Shown here: positions 47,430 through 56,811 of the stretch, in pieces | How the letters are laid out: the number at the start of each line of letters is the position of its first letter | How positions within the stretch are numbered: the first letter of the stretch is position 1 | IMG/VR virus record: IMGVR_UViG_3300009514_000013 | Span: 1 to 64,000 of that record | Source: a virus | Reading direction: 5' to 3' (one strand) | Length of the DNA stretch: 64,000 nucleotides | Position numbers and translations under genes: made by a program | Notes under the pieces: model-generated | What the model was told of the DNA's origin: nothing | Databases searched by the model: none | The model's input: only the letters and a program-made list of their open reading frames with translations

Positions 47430-48578
47430 ATGAAACGGAAAAAATGCGGCAAATGCGGCAAAGTCAGACAGATGGCTTTGAACGGAAAAAGAAAAGATGG
47501 GGCTCAGAAATATAGAAACGTATGTAATTCTTGCAAAGGTAAATCTCCTAATAATCGTCGAAAAGTTGAACGTCCCATCAAGACAAAGATTCCAGATGAA
47601 GCTCCGACCAAAAACCCACAAATACTGAAACTGTGGCAGCTGGCTTCAACACGACCTCAAGCATTCGAAGAACTCTGCGATCGTATGGATGTGTCACCGA
47701 AGATCATGCGGAAACTGATCCAAGAAGCTAGGGATGGTGGTTTAAGCATTCATGTAGAAAACGATCATGTTGGTGCTCGAGTCCAATCTATTGATGACGA
47801 ACAAAATCTTTTCCACAAGAACGATATTTCTCCTGTGGTCGGTAAAGAAGTTGTTGTAGGTGTTATTTCCGATACCCACTACGGATCGAAGTACTGCCTT
47901 CGTGGTCACATCAAAGACGCAGTGAAGAAGATGTACGAAGCTGGTGCTCGAATCATTCTTCATCCTGGAGATGTGATCGATGGTTGTTATCGACACGGTG
48001 AGTTCGAACTCACTCATTACGGTTTAGAGGATCAAGTTCGTGACCTTTTCAAGAATCTACCCAAACACAAGGGTTTATCGTATCACTGCATCACTGGCAA
48101 TCATGACGACACGTTCTGGGACCGGACCGGAGTCAATGTTGGTCACTATATCGAAGGGACCTTTAGGCGTCGTGGACGAAACGATATTCACTTCTACGGC
48201 CAACGAGGAGCTTTCCTCAATATATACGGCGTTCGAGTACATTTGTGGCACCCACGAGGTGGAGGGAGTTACGCTCGAAGTTATGCCCTCCAGAAAAAAC
48301 TAGAAGGGTACATGCCGGGTGAGAAGCCAAAGATCATGGTGGCTGGCCACTGGCATCAGTACTGTCATATTCACGAGAGAGGTATCCACGCATTTATGTG
48401 CCCGACCTTCCAAGGGGGAGGATCTGCGTTTGGTCGCTCGATGAGAGGTTCTCCGAATATCGGTGGATTGTTGTTTAGATGGCGTCTTGCGGAAAACGGA
48501 ACCCTCCGACAATTCAATTCCGAGAAATTCACCTATTACGAGAGAGAAGTTGTCCACGAGGTTGGAGAATCTGAGTAG
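47430..48578 (+). CDS. metallophosphoesterase with N-terminal zinc ribbon and HTH
   Basis: CGKC..CNSC; SDTHYGS, GDVIDG, GNHD, GHWH. Confidence 0.85.
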   Translation: MKRKKCGKCGKVRQMALNGKRKDGAQKYRNVCNSCKGKSPNNRRKVERPIKTKIPDEAPTKNPQILKLWQLASTRPQAFEELCDRMDVSPKIMRKLIQEARDGGLSIHVENDHVGARVQSIDDEQNLFHKNDISPVVGKEVVVGVISDTHYGSKYCLRGHIKDAVKKMYEAGARIILHPGDVIDGCYRHGEFELTHYGLEDQVRDLFKNLPKHKGLSYHCITGNHDDTFWDRTGVNVGHYIEGTFRRRGRNDIHFYGQRGAFLNIYGVRVHLWHPRGGGSYARSYALQKKLEGYMPGEKPKIMVAGHWHQYCHIHERGIHAFMCPTFQGGGSAFGRSMRGSPNIGGLLFRWRLAENGTLRQFNSEKFTYYEREVVHEVGESE

Positions 48579-48660
48579 TTTGGCAGGAACCTAGCTCCTG
48601 ACGTATCTTCAATCTAGAGACTTACTTGGATCTGTTCTAAGGGGTTCTCCGGAATGAGAT

Positions 48661-49023
48661 ATGAAAAGTTTCCTGTTAGCAATCGCCCTATTCCTCGTAC
48701 CTGCCATGGCATCGGCCGATTGTCGCGTTGTTCGTTCAGCTACTAAGAAAAGTAAAGAGTTCGTAACAACCATCTCATGCACGATCGAAGGTCAGTTGGT
48801 GGACCTCCTCCTCATCCGCCAACACCTGGCTGCGGTGAAAATCCAAAACAAAGATTCTGGTTCGTTGATAACGGTGCATGAGGATGATCTCATCTTGAAT
48901 GTTGAAGCATGGTCATGGGCGATCATCCGCCTCCAGAACATCATCCATGAACAAGGTAAAGTGATTCAGAAGCTACAAAAGTCTTGTCGGAAGCATTGTT
49001 TTACGACTAAAGATAAGAAGTGA
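48661..49023 (+). CDS. secreted hypothetical protein
   Basis: signal peptide ending ASA-D. Confidence 0.55.
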   Translation: MKSFLLAIALFLVPAMASADCRVVRSATKKSKEFVTTISCTIEGQLVDLLLIRQHLAAVKIQNKDSGSLITVHEDDLILNVEAWSWAIIRLQNIIHEQGKVIQKLQKSCRKHCFTTKDKK

Positions 49024-49331
49024 CTTCAGACAAGACTCCTCCTGAAGAATGGCTGTTCGAGCAACCGGATCCGGTCAAACAATATGCGAATCGACTACGA
49101 GATGAGTGGTATCGGGAAGACATTAAACTTCTCAGATCGAGAATTCGTGACCTCGAACAGCAGAAAGTAGAAGTTGGAAAAGAACGTGATCGATGGGCGA
49201 AGCGTATGAAGCTCCTTGAAGCTCGAATCAGACACGCAGCTGAAACTCTCGATGGTGGCTTCAGTCCACCCGAGATCAATGAAATCCGCAAAACCAGAGG
49301 TCTACCAATCATCAAACAACTGGAGGACTAG
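49020..49331 (+). CDS. coiled-coil hypothetical protein
   Basis: ORF abuts the TerL C-half start. Confidence 0.5.
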   Translation: MTSDKTPPEEWLFEQPDPVKQYANRLRDEWYREDIKLLRSRIRDLEQQKVEVGKERDRWAKRMKLLEARIRHAAETLDGGFSPPEINEIRKTRGLPIIKQLED

Positions 49332-50105
49332 GTGTCAATTCCAATCCGTCTCAAGTCGATTCCTCTATGGGTTGAACACTGGTCAGAAGAATCACTCCGG
49401 AAGAGATACTCCCAAGAACCAAGAGCATTCGAACGCGGATTCAGACTCAAGGCATTCTCTGATGATGAAGCAACATTCCCGAGCTTCTCCCAATGCGAAG
49501 TCCCTGGGATCACTCTTGGAGAGATTCAACGATCGAACTGGCCCAAGTTCACAGGAGTCGACCTCTCATCTAAGAAGCGTCCTGGTAACACCATTGCCAC
49601 GGTTGCAGTCGATCCGAAGACAAGACGTCGATATCCCATAGACATTCGATATGGTGCCTGGAGGTCATCTGAGACGGCTGAGCAAATCCGTATTGTTGAT
49701 GAACTCTTCAGCCCGATGGTTATCATGGTTGAAGACAACGCTTACCAAGAGGCTCTCCTGGATTGGATCTCTGATGACAAGTCTCGGTTTCCGTATTGGG
49801 TTAAGATCGAAGCCACTACCACTACAGGTGGTAGAAAGTCGGATCTAGAGAAAGGTCTCCCCGGACTTGAGGTCGAATTCTCGAAAAAGGGTTGGGCGTT
49901 TCCCCTATCCGAGTATGAGAATGTGACTCCTGATGAGGCACCACCAGCTGGCCACTGGGCGCGTTTAGCCCAAGAACTTCGCCATCACCCCATTGCAGCT
50001 ACATCGGACGGTGTAATGGCTTTGTGGTTCGCCAGGCAAGGTATTGAACTCTACGGCGGAATGGCTTTCCACGATGTCCAAATTGGAGACTTGACAGTCC
50101 GCTAA
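49332..50105 (+). CDS. terminase large subunit, C-terminal RNase H-like nuclease half
   Basis: PLW.E.W linker, FTGVDLS, VEDNAYQ, SDGVMALWFA; GGAGG RBS before GTG. Confidence 0.82.
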   Translation: MSIPIRLKSIPLWVEHWSEESLRKRYSQEPRAFERGFRLKAFSDDEATFPSFSQCEVPGITLGEIQRSNWPKFTGVDLSSKKRPGNTIATVAVDPKTRRRYPIDIRYGAWRSSETAEQIRIVDELFSPMVIMVEDNAYQEALLDWISDDKSRFPYWVKIEATTTTGGRKSDLEKGLPGLEVEFSKKGWAFPLSEYENVTPDEAPPAGHWARLAQELRHHPIAATSDGVMALWFARQGIELYGGMAFHDVQIGDLTVR

Positions 50106-50120
50106 CACTAATTTGATCTT
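50091..50120 (+). promoter_or_regulatory. candidate promoter TTGACA-N18-GATCTT for downstream ncRNA
   Basis: perfect -35; same N18 xAxxxT geometry as other candidate promoters here. Confidence 0.45.
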
Positions 50121-50129
50121 TTATAGGTT

Positions 50130-50316
50130 GTGCACGCAAACGTGACGGAGGGTCGTAAAAGGAGTACTGGTGGTCCGGGTTGCGACGGAGAAGCCTGCGA
50201 GACTGGCGTATACAGGGGGATGAGACACATGCTGAAGCCCCGATACCAGTCAGGTGGCATTGTGGTTCCGACTGCGATGTTCATCAGTTGTGTGACGATC
50301 GGGAGAGACCGATATC
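50130..50316 (+). ncRNA. candidate structured RNA or leader upstream of the tmRNA-like element
   Basis: nested stems GTCGTAA/TTGCGAC, GACTGG/CCAGTC, GCATTGTGGT/ACTGCGATGT, ATCGG/CCGAT; no convincing ORF. Confidence 0.45.
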
Positions 50317-50396
50317 GGGGATGAGAAGGGTTCGACAGTCTGATGAAATCCTGAAAGGGACCAGGCTGGACCAGCGTTCGATTCGCTGCATCTCCA
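50317..50396 (+). ncRNA. tmRNA tRNA-like-domain-only RNA (mini-ssrA-like)
   Basis: acceptor GGGGATG/CATCTCC-A with G3.U70; GGTTCGAC D-loop analogue; helix CAGTCTG/CAGGCTG; GAC; T arm CAGCG-TTCGATT-CGCTG. Confidence 0.78.
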
Positions 50397-50433
50397 TTGA
50401 AACCAGGTGGGCAAATGAGCCTAGCTTTATTGG

Positions 50434-50631
50434 ATGCGTATGAACTCGGTAAGAAAACATGCTCTCAAAGCGGGAATGGCCAACTCCATGTGGACCCCTG
50501 AAGATATCCGTGAAATTCGCAAGTTGAGGGAAGAGGGTTCCTCTTACAAGGAAATCCTTTACATGTACCCGATGTCCAAATCCACACTTTCCTACATTGT
50601 GAATTACAAAACCCATGTATCATCTCTCTAG
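50434..50631 (+). CDS. small HTH protein
   Basis: WTPEDIREIRKL..SYKEI..MSKSTLSYIV. Confidence 0.6.
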   Translation: MRMNSVRKHALKAGMANSMWTPEDIREIRKLREEGSSYKEILYMYPMSKSTLSYIVNYKTHVSSL

Positions 50632-50639
50632 AGAAAGAG

Positions 50640-53160
50640 ATGGACTCATACTCCAAATCGGATTTCGAACTTCTTGTTTTTGAGAGTGGGATAGCATTCT
50701 CCATCCGAGAAAAAGGCGGTAGCAAAGCAAGATTTGAGAACGTGTCGATAGATGCTATTGGCATTTCAACAAGTGGTTTTCTTTATGGATATTGGTACCC
50801 GATAGATGCGGATTTCCCGACTCGCATCACTGGAGTTTCTTTCAAAGCGGTGTGCGAATTCTGCGAAAGCGAGATGGTTGTCCGTCGCATTACGAAGAAA
50901 CCTGCTCAGTTCAGTGTGTCTTGCAAAGAGTGTAAAAGAATTCTGAATGTTCCGAATCGTCCTCCGCTACGTCTGGTGATCAACAACAAAAAATGATGTA
51001 GGTGTTGATCAATGAGTGATTACGTCCGTGGAGACATCGTTAATCTAAACCGTGCTCAAAGTTCTCAAGTTGAGATTTTGACTGTCCCGACAACCGAAGA
51101 TGAACCGTACACAATAACACTTCCGATCAACGAAGAATATAAGTCTTTCACATACTTAGCATCGGTTGATGATTCGCTATCAGATGTTGCGTTTGGCCTC
51201 GAAGATGTTCTAGAGAAAGAACAAACCAAGTTCTCAGTTGCTGTGAATGACGATCAGGATGCTGTTGTCATCGTTGGACCGTTGGGTCTGTCATTTGAAG
51301 GCACTACCTCAACCAATCTTCGGTACTCGCTCATTGAAGACGCAGTTCGAGCCATTCGTCACGATACTGGTGAAAAGATTGGAAACTGCCGTGTCCTCGC
51401 TTCGGAGAATTCTTTGGAGAAGCTTCGGGAATACGCTACAAGAGATCGTGATGGTACTGTTCGGATTGTGAATCAGATCCGGTTACGAGAATTGAATTCG
51501 GCTAATGTTTTCGAAGTGGAAGCTGATGAGATCCTCACAGTCATCGAAAGAGAAGGAACCGCATGATGGAGAAGACGTGTGTGAACTGTGGGGATGAGTT
51601 CGAGACAGATAACGAGGACTGCCATTGGTGTTCTGAGTCTTGTTGGGGAGAAATAGAAAACCTTCAACTACAGACACACGATTCGTACCACGAAGAAATC
51701 GGTGTTTCAGAAGCAGACAAGGCCCGAACAGCATTATCGTCTCCTATGGAAACAGAGATTTCAGAAGACGTAGAAAAACCATGGACGCGGGATTTGGCGG
51801 TAGCTGAACGACTTGTTGAGAGTGCAGAAATTGCCAACGATCCAAATGACGTTTCCTTTTTGATCGATCTTGCTTCTAGCTATCTGCAACGTGCTCGAGA
51901 TAGCGTCCAACCATTTGTAAATCAAAGGGCTAGCTGATGTTTCAGATTAAAACGTTCGATTTGCCGGTCACTTACAACGAAGTAGGTAATCGGGAAGTGC
52001 TAGAAGACTTCGCCAGAACCAGACTTCGGAGTGACATGAAAAAGATGGGGTATGAAATTATTCCTTCCTCTTTTCGTGTGGTTTGGTATGAATCATCTCG
52101 CGGTGTGGCTACTGCCAATGGCCTTCCGATCAAAGGAGTTAGTTGATGAAGTATGAGCTTGAATTGGATGACACCGGCAATCGGTACTGGTTGTGTACGC
52201 TAGATGACGGTACGCAAGAAGCGATTCCGCCAGGATGGAAATTGGAACTAGGTTCGGGTTCCTGGACTGTCGAAGGTACAAACCACGGGCTTCCGATTGG
52301 AACTGTGGTCGCGGTCGAATTTCCTGAGAATCCAGAAGAGAGGAAGAAAGAATCTCTCTTGAAGCTATTACGACGCTCTCTGCAGAAGTCTTTCAAAGCT
52401 GAAGGATTGGAACTGTCTGACGAAGAAGCTGACGAGAAGATCCAACAGACGATTGATGAGATTCTCGAGAAAACCAAGAACCCCGATGTCTTAAGAGCGA
52501 AATCGTCACTTGAAATTCCTGAGCCACCGCAAATCCTACCTGGTGAACAGAAGATTGTTGATCAGTTGATAGGGGCAGGTTTCGGACGACATGGCTGAAT
52601 CGAAATCACAGACTTCTGAAGCACCTCTAGTAAGACGTTCGGATGTAGAAGTCTTGGATGATCCTCGTCAGATTCGACTGACTCCCAAACAACGGGAGGA
52701 GATGGATCGGAAAATCTACAAGACTTGGAGAGCTGTTCAAGATGGAATTCCAGAACAGAGGCACACTCCTCGAATTGATCCCTACGATGTTGCTCAGATC
52801 GAACAAGACCAGATGCAGGAAGCTGCTAAGAAACCTGAGGTCTGGAAAAAGATCATGGAATATTATGGTTTCACCTGGTATTCAGCTTCTGATCTCGATG
52901 CTCATCCCATGGTAGGACCAGCTCGCTACCGAACTAGAGATCAGAGAATCTTTTTGAAACCTCAGCCTTGTGGTCAATGGAGAAATGACTTGGAGATCCA
53001 AGAAGGTTTTTCTAATCCTCCAGAACGCTTGAAAATGGCTTTCACCTTGAAGGACCTCATCCTTGGATTTCGAACACCTGAGCAATTCGACAAATGGATG
53101 AAGAAACAGATTTCCGCAGTGATTTCGACCCAAATGCGAATGAGCCGAAATTCCGTATAG
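50640..53160 (+). CDS. run of six hypothetical ORFs (50640-50996, 51012-51566, 51563-51937, 51937-52146, 52143-52598, 52591-53160)
   Basis: tile the strand with overlaps; two carry CxxC pairs. Confidence 0.55.
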
Positions 53161-53336
53161 TATTGGCTCTATGCCTGCCAAGTCGAAAGCTCAACTTCGC
53201 TTTCTATTCTCCAAAGGAGCCAAGAAAAAAGGCATCACCGAAGAACAAGTTCGAGAGTGGGCAAGATCTACTCCGAACATCTCTAAACTACCTGAACGTG
53301 TAGGCAAAAAATCTAAGAAGAAGTAGGGTCAAGACA

Positions 53337-55055
53337 ATGGCTGGAATCGATATGTCTTTTGGTGGTCAAGAATTTCCGAGAGCGTTGGAGGTTCGCCAAT
53401 ACCTCTACAACAATGCGATCTTAGGGCAAACGACTAGGCTCCGAACTTTGGATCGATTGGATGCTTTCTACAAAGGTCTTGAATATGCTCACCACCAAAC
53501 CGGATGGGATGGATTCTCCGCAGATCAATTAGAGACGATTTCTCCTGATGCCACTAAACCGTTAGGTTTCACCAAACCAGCCGACAAGACCATGGTTGGT
53601 CAAAAGCGACCAACAGCACCTCTTCGTTTGACCGGAACGGTTGTGGATCGGTTCACAGGCCTCCTCTTCTCGAAGAAGCGTCTACCCAAAGTCACGATTG
53701 AAGATGATCAAGAATCCAACGACTTCGTCCAAGCCGTATTCAAGAAGACACGGTTTTGGAGAACTATGTACAACTCCCGAACCTATGGCGGTTCGATGGG
53801 CTCTTCTTTGATCACAGTTCAGTTGAGGAATGGTCGTTTCTCGTTCAAAGCTCATAGTCCCAAGACGATTCAAGACATCGTTTGGGAAGATCCAGATCTC
53901 AAGATACCTGCTGGAGTTCTCATCCAGTACATCTATTACGTGGAAAAGGATGAAGTAGATCCGAAGACAGGTGCTCCGACTGGAACAATGAAGAACTGTC
54001 CTTATCTCTATCGAAGGATTATAGATGCTGAGTGTGACGTCATTTTCAAACCGGCTGAGATTGTGAACAACAAACTTCCTGAGATGGAGATTGATGAACA
54101 CCAAAGCTACCAGCATAGATTGGGAGAATTCCCTGGAGTCTGGATTCAGAACCTTCCATGTGAAGAAGAAATCGATGGCGTTGCCGATTGCGAAGGTGTC
54201 TATCAGATCTTCGACACAATCGATCGGCAACTGGCTCAATCGAACAAGGGGTTGTTAGCCAATCAGGATCCTACAGTTGTCCTTTCGATTGATAAGAAAC
54301 TCATGTCGGCAGGAGTTCCTATCCACAAAGGATCTGAAAATTCTTTGAATGTTGGAATGGGTGGATCAGCCAACTACTTGGAGATATCTGCATCGGGAAT
54401 CACAGCAGCAAGAGAATTCGTCAAAGACTTGAAACAAGCTGCAATGGATCGAGCTCAGGTTGTTCTTGCTGATCCTCAGACGATGGCTGGTTCAGCACAG
54501 TCTGCTTTAGCAATTGAGTTTCTTTATCAACCGATGCTCGAGAAAGCTGACAGGTTACGAGAGCAGTATGGTCAAGCGATTGAGGTTCTTGTTGACCTAC
54601 TGTTGAAGTTGGGTCGGATTTGGTCGGATCCGCTTCGATATGAAGGAAATGCGAAACCTAAGTTTGATTTGCCTCCGAAGATTGTTGAGATGGATTCAGA
54701 TCCCGAGAATCCAGAAGCTGAGATGGGTGTTCAAAAGCTCAAAGTGTTTCCAGTACCCGGAGAAGGTTCTCAGGTAGCATTGTCTTGGGGTCCTTACTTC
54801 TCGCCTACTCCTACAGATGTTCAGACGCAAATTGGTGTTGTTGCTACAGCTTATGGAGCTGGATTGATTGACCTGGACACGGCAGTCAGCAAAGTAGCTC
54901 ACATCCTGGATATTGAAGATGAAGAAGGTCTGTTACGGCGAGTGAAGGAAGAAAGCAAAAAGCGCAAAGCTGATGTGATGGCTAATTTAGAAGAAGCTGG
55001 AATGGGATGGCCTACCTCTCCAATTCCACGTCCAGAAGGTGAGGAACTCATATGA
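53337..55055 (+). CDS. portal protein (SPP1 gp6-like)
   Basis: 572 aa; H.LGEFPGV, SALAIEFLYQPML.KA..LR..YG pattern; precedes minor head, scaffold and capsid genes. Confidence 0.8.
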   Translation: MAGIDMSFGGQEFPRALEVRQYLYNNAILGQTTRLRTLDRLDAFYKGLEYAHHQTGWDGFSADQLETISPDATKPLGFTKPADKTMVGQKRPTAPLRLTGTVVDRFTGLLFSKKRLPKVTIEDDQESNDFVQAVFKKTRFWRTMYNSRTYGGSMGSSLITVQLRNGRFSFKAHSPKTIQDIVWEDPDLKIPAGVLIQYIYYVEKDEVDPKTGAPTGTMKNCPYLYRRIIDAECDVIFKPAEIVNNKLPEMEIDEHQSYQHRLGEFPGVWIQNLPCEEEIDGVADCEGVYQIFDTIDRQLAQSNKGLLANQDPTVVLSIDKKLMSAGVPIHKGSENSLNVGMGGSANYLEISASGITAAREFVKDLKQAAMDRAQVVLADPQTMAGSAQSALAIEFLYQPMLEKADRLREQYGQAIEVLVDLLLKLGRIWSDPLRYEGNAKPKFDLPPKIVEMDSDPENPEAEMGVQKLKVFPVPGEGSQVALSWGPYFSPTPTDVQTQIGVVATAYGAGLIDLDTAVSKVAHILDIEDEEGLLRRVKEESKKRKADVMANLEEAGMGWPTSPIPRPEGEELI

Positions 55056-55555
55056 ACAAATTCAAATCATGGGCTGTTGAAGAACAAGAAGAAGATTTCG
55101 ACTTCACAGAAGTGAGGAGAAACGAAGAACCTGTTCAACCACAGCAACAAGTTCAACCGACATACCAACAGCCAGTTCCACAAGCACAACCACAAGGAGC
55201 TGTGTTCTATTCTCCACCTCCACAACCAATGATGATTCAACAATCGACTGGCTTTGTCGGCAATTACCATCCAGCACCTCAACCAATAGAACCGATTCCT
55301 CGAACTTGTTGTTTGGTGAAAGCTGATCCTGATGGGGATCCGTATGAACGAATGATGGCGCAGATTCCAGATTCGGCTAAAGAAGCAGGGATTGATAAAT
55401 CAAACGGTGTTGATGCGATGTCTCTCTCGGCTGAATCTATTGATGATCACATTCACCGAGTTCATTCGACACCGTCAGGAATGGTACGCCAACAAGGAAG
55501 ACCGAGCCGAATCAGTACTAAAGGAAACTCCTCAGGTGGTCCAGTTGGATTGTGA
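55052..55555 (+). CDS. Gln/Pro-rich hypothetical protein
   Basis: GAGGA RBS, coupling to portal. Confidence 0.55.
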   Translation: MNKFKSWAVEEQEEDFDFTEVRRNEEPVQPQQQVQPTYQQPVPQAQPQGAVFYSPPPQPMMIQQSTGFVGNYHPAPQPIEPIPRTCCLVKADPDGDPYERMMAQIPDSAKEAGIDKSNGVDAMSLSAESIDDHIHRVHSTPSGMVRQQGRPSRISTKGNSSGGPVGL

Positions 55556-55556
55556 T

Positions 55557-55572
55557 GTTAAATCGCTTTAAC
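55557..55572. promoter_or_regulatory. 16-bp palindromic site GTTAAA-TCGC-TTTAAC
   Basis: between stop at 55555 and ATG at 55577. Confidence 0.65.
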
Positions 55573-55576
55573 ACCA

Positions 55577-56557
55577 ATGGCTGATCCTTTTACCAAGAGG
55601 TTATTTGAACTTCATCTGAATCAACTCCAGAGACACGTTCGAAAGAATGGTGTTAAAGGCCTGGAATCTTTGTATAAAGAAGCTAAAGCTGACTTGTATG
55701 ATCGTCTCCTCCAGGCTGGTGGTAGTTCTGCAACAACGCCAACAGCACTCCAATTGAGAGCGATGATTGCCCAAGTAGATGCGGTTACAGAATCTCTTGG
55801 AAAGAATTTGAATAGTCATCTCAAAGACATATCAAAGTCTGCTTCTGAAATGGGTGCTCGACACGGAATTGATGAGTTCAAGAAGTTGGAGAAACATTTC
55901 ACGGGGAACGTTCCAGTCCTTCAAATTGAAACTGCTGCTCAACTTAAAGGTCTTGTGAAAGATACAACTTCGTCGCTACTCCGTCGCTATAGTCTTGCTT
56001 CGTCTGTTTGGAGTAATCAGGCCATTCAGGACATCGAGCAAGCTATGTCTGTTGGTTCAATGGCTGGTAAGCCAACCAATGACATCATCCAGGAAGTGAT
56101 GGGGAAAACCGGCATCCTGGAACAAGAAAGATGGAGAGCTGAGAGAATTGTTCGGACCGAAACAGCATTTGCTCATGGCCGGTCAAAATACGATGCGATG
56201 AAGCGAACCTCGGAAGAGCTTGGAGAGAAGAAACTCTACAAACGATTGATCGAGACTTTAGACAATCGAACTGGTGATGACTCTTTTGTTCTCCATGGTC
56301 AGACAGTTCCAATCGATGAACCGTTTCGGTGGAAGCACAAACGAGCTGGTTCTTGGGTCGTGACAGAATACCAACATCCTCCAAACAGACCGAATGACAG
56401 AGCTGTTGTGATTCCGTGGGATCCATCATGGGAAGAAACTTCTGGTGAGCGCCCATTGACGCGAGCCGAACTCAATACAGCACCTCCCACAAGATGGCGA
56501 AAGAAAGCAGGAGTTGAGATCCCACCTGGCCATCGTCCTGGTAAACCGGCTAGATAG
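55577..56557 (+). CDS. minor head morphogenesis protein (SPP1 gp7 / Mu F-like)
   Basis: RAERIVRTE, D.RT, LHGQTVPIDEPF, PPNRPNDR. Confidence 0.85.
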   Translation: MADPFTKRLFELHLNQLQRHVRKNGVKGLESLYKEAKADLYDRLLQAGGSSATTPTALQLRAMIAQVDAVTESLGKNLNSHLKDISKSASEMGARHGIDEFKKLEKHFTGNVPVLQIETAAQLKGLVKDTTSSLLRRYSLASSVWSNQAIQDIEQAMSVGSMAGKPTNDIIQEVMGKTGILEQERWRAERIVRTETAFAHGRSKYDAMKRTSEELGEKKLYKRLIETLDNRTGDDSFVLHGQTVPIDEPFRWKHKRAGSWVVTEYQHPPNRPNDRAVVIPWDPSWEETSGERPLTRAELNTAPPTRWRKKAGVEIPPGHRPGKPAR

Positions 56558-56562
56558 AACTT

Positions 56563-56772
56563 ATGGAACAACCAGCCGACAACCCTTCTCTCGATGAGAT
56601 CGAGCTGTGGGTGCGAGCAGCTGCACGTCAGATCCGCGCATGTGCAAAAAACAATATTTACGGGACTCTGAGATTTGAATTCTTCAATGGTCGAATCACA
56701 AGAAGTTTGATCGAGAAATCTGTGAAGGATCCATCAACTCTTGCGCCAGGCTTCGAATCGTCTGTAGATTAG
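56563..56772 (+). CDS. small protein, DUF2292-like
   Basis: YGTLRFEFFNGRIT..EKSVK. Confidence 0.4.
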   Translation: MEQPADNPSLDEIELWVRAAARQIRACAKNNIYGTLRFEFFNGRITRSLIEKSVKDPSTLAPGFESSVD

Positions 56773-56811
56773 CGAAGGTATCAGCAGTCTTAGCTATCAG
56801 GGAGAAATAAA

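Noticed and set aside
36318-49331. Interval between the terL halves as an integrated mobile element
   Set aside because: No integrase or transposase; it carries the same SLxx arrays and palindromes as the rest of the genome, so it is native
50317-50396. Canonical tRNA gene
   Set aside because: No D stem and no anticodon arm with a 7-nt loop; features match the tmRNA tRNA-like domain instead
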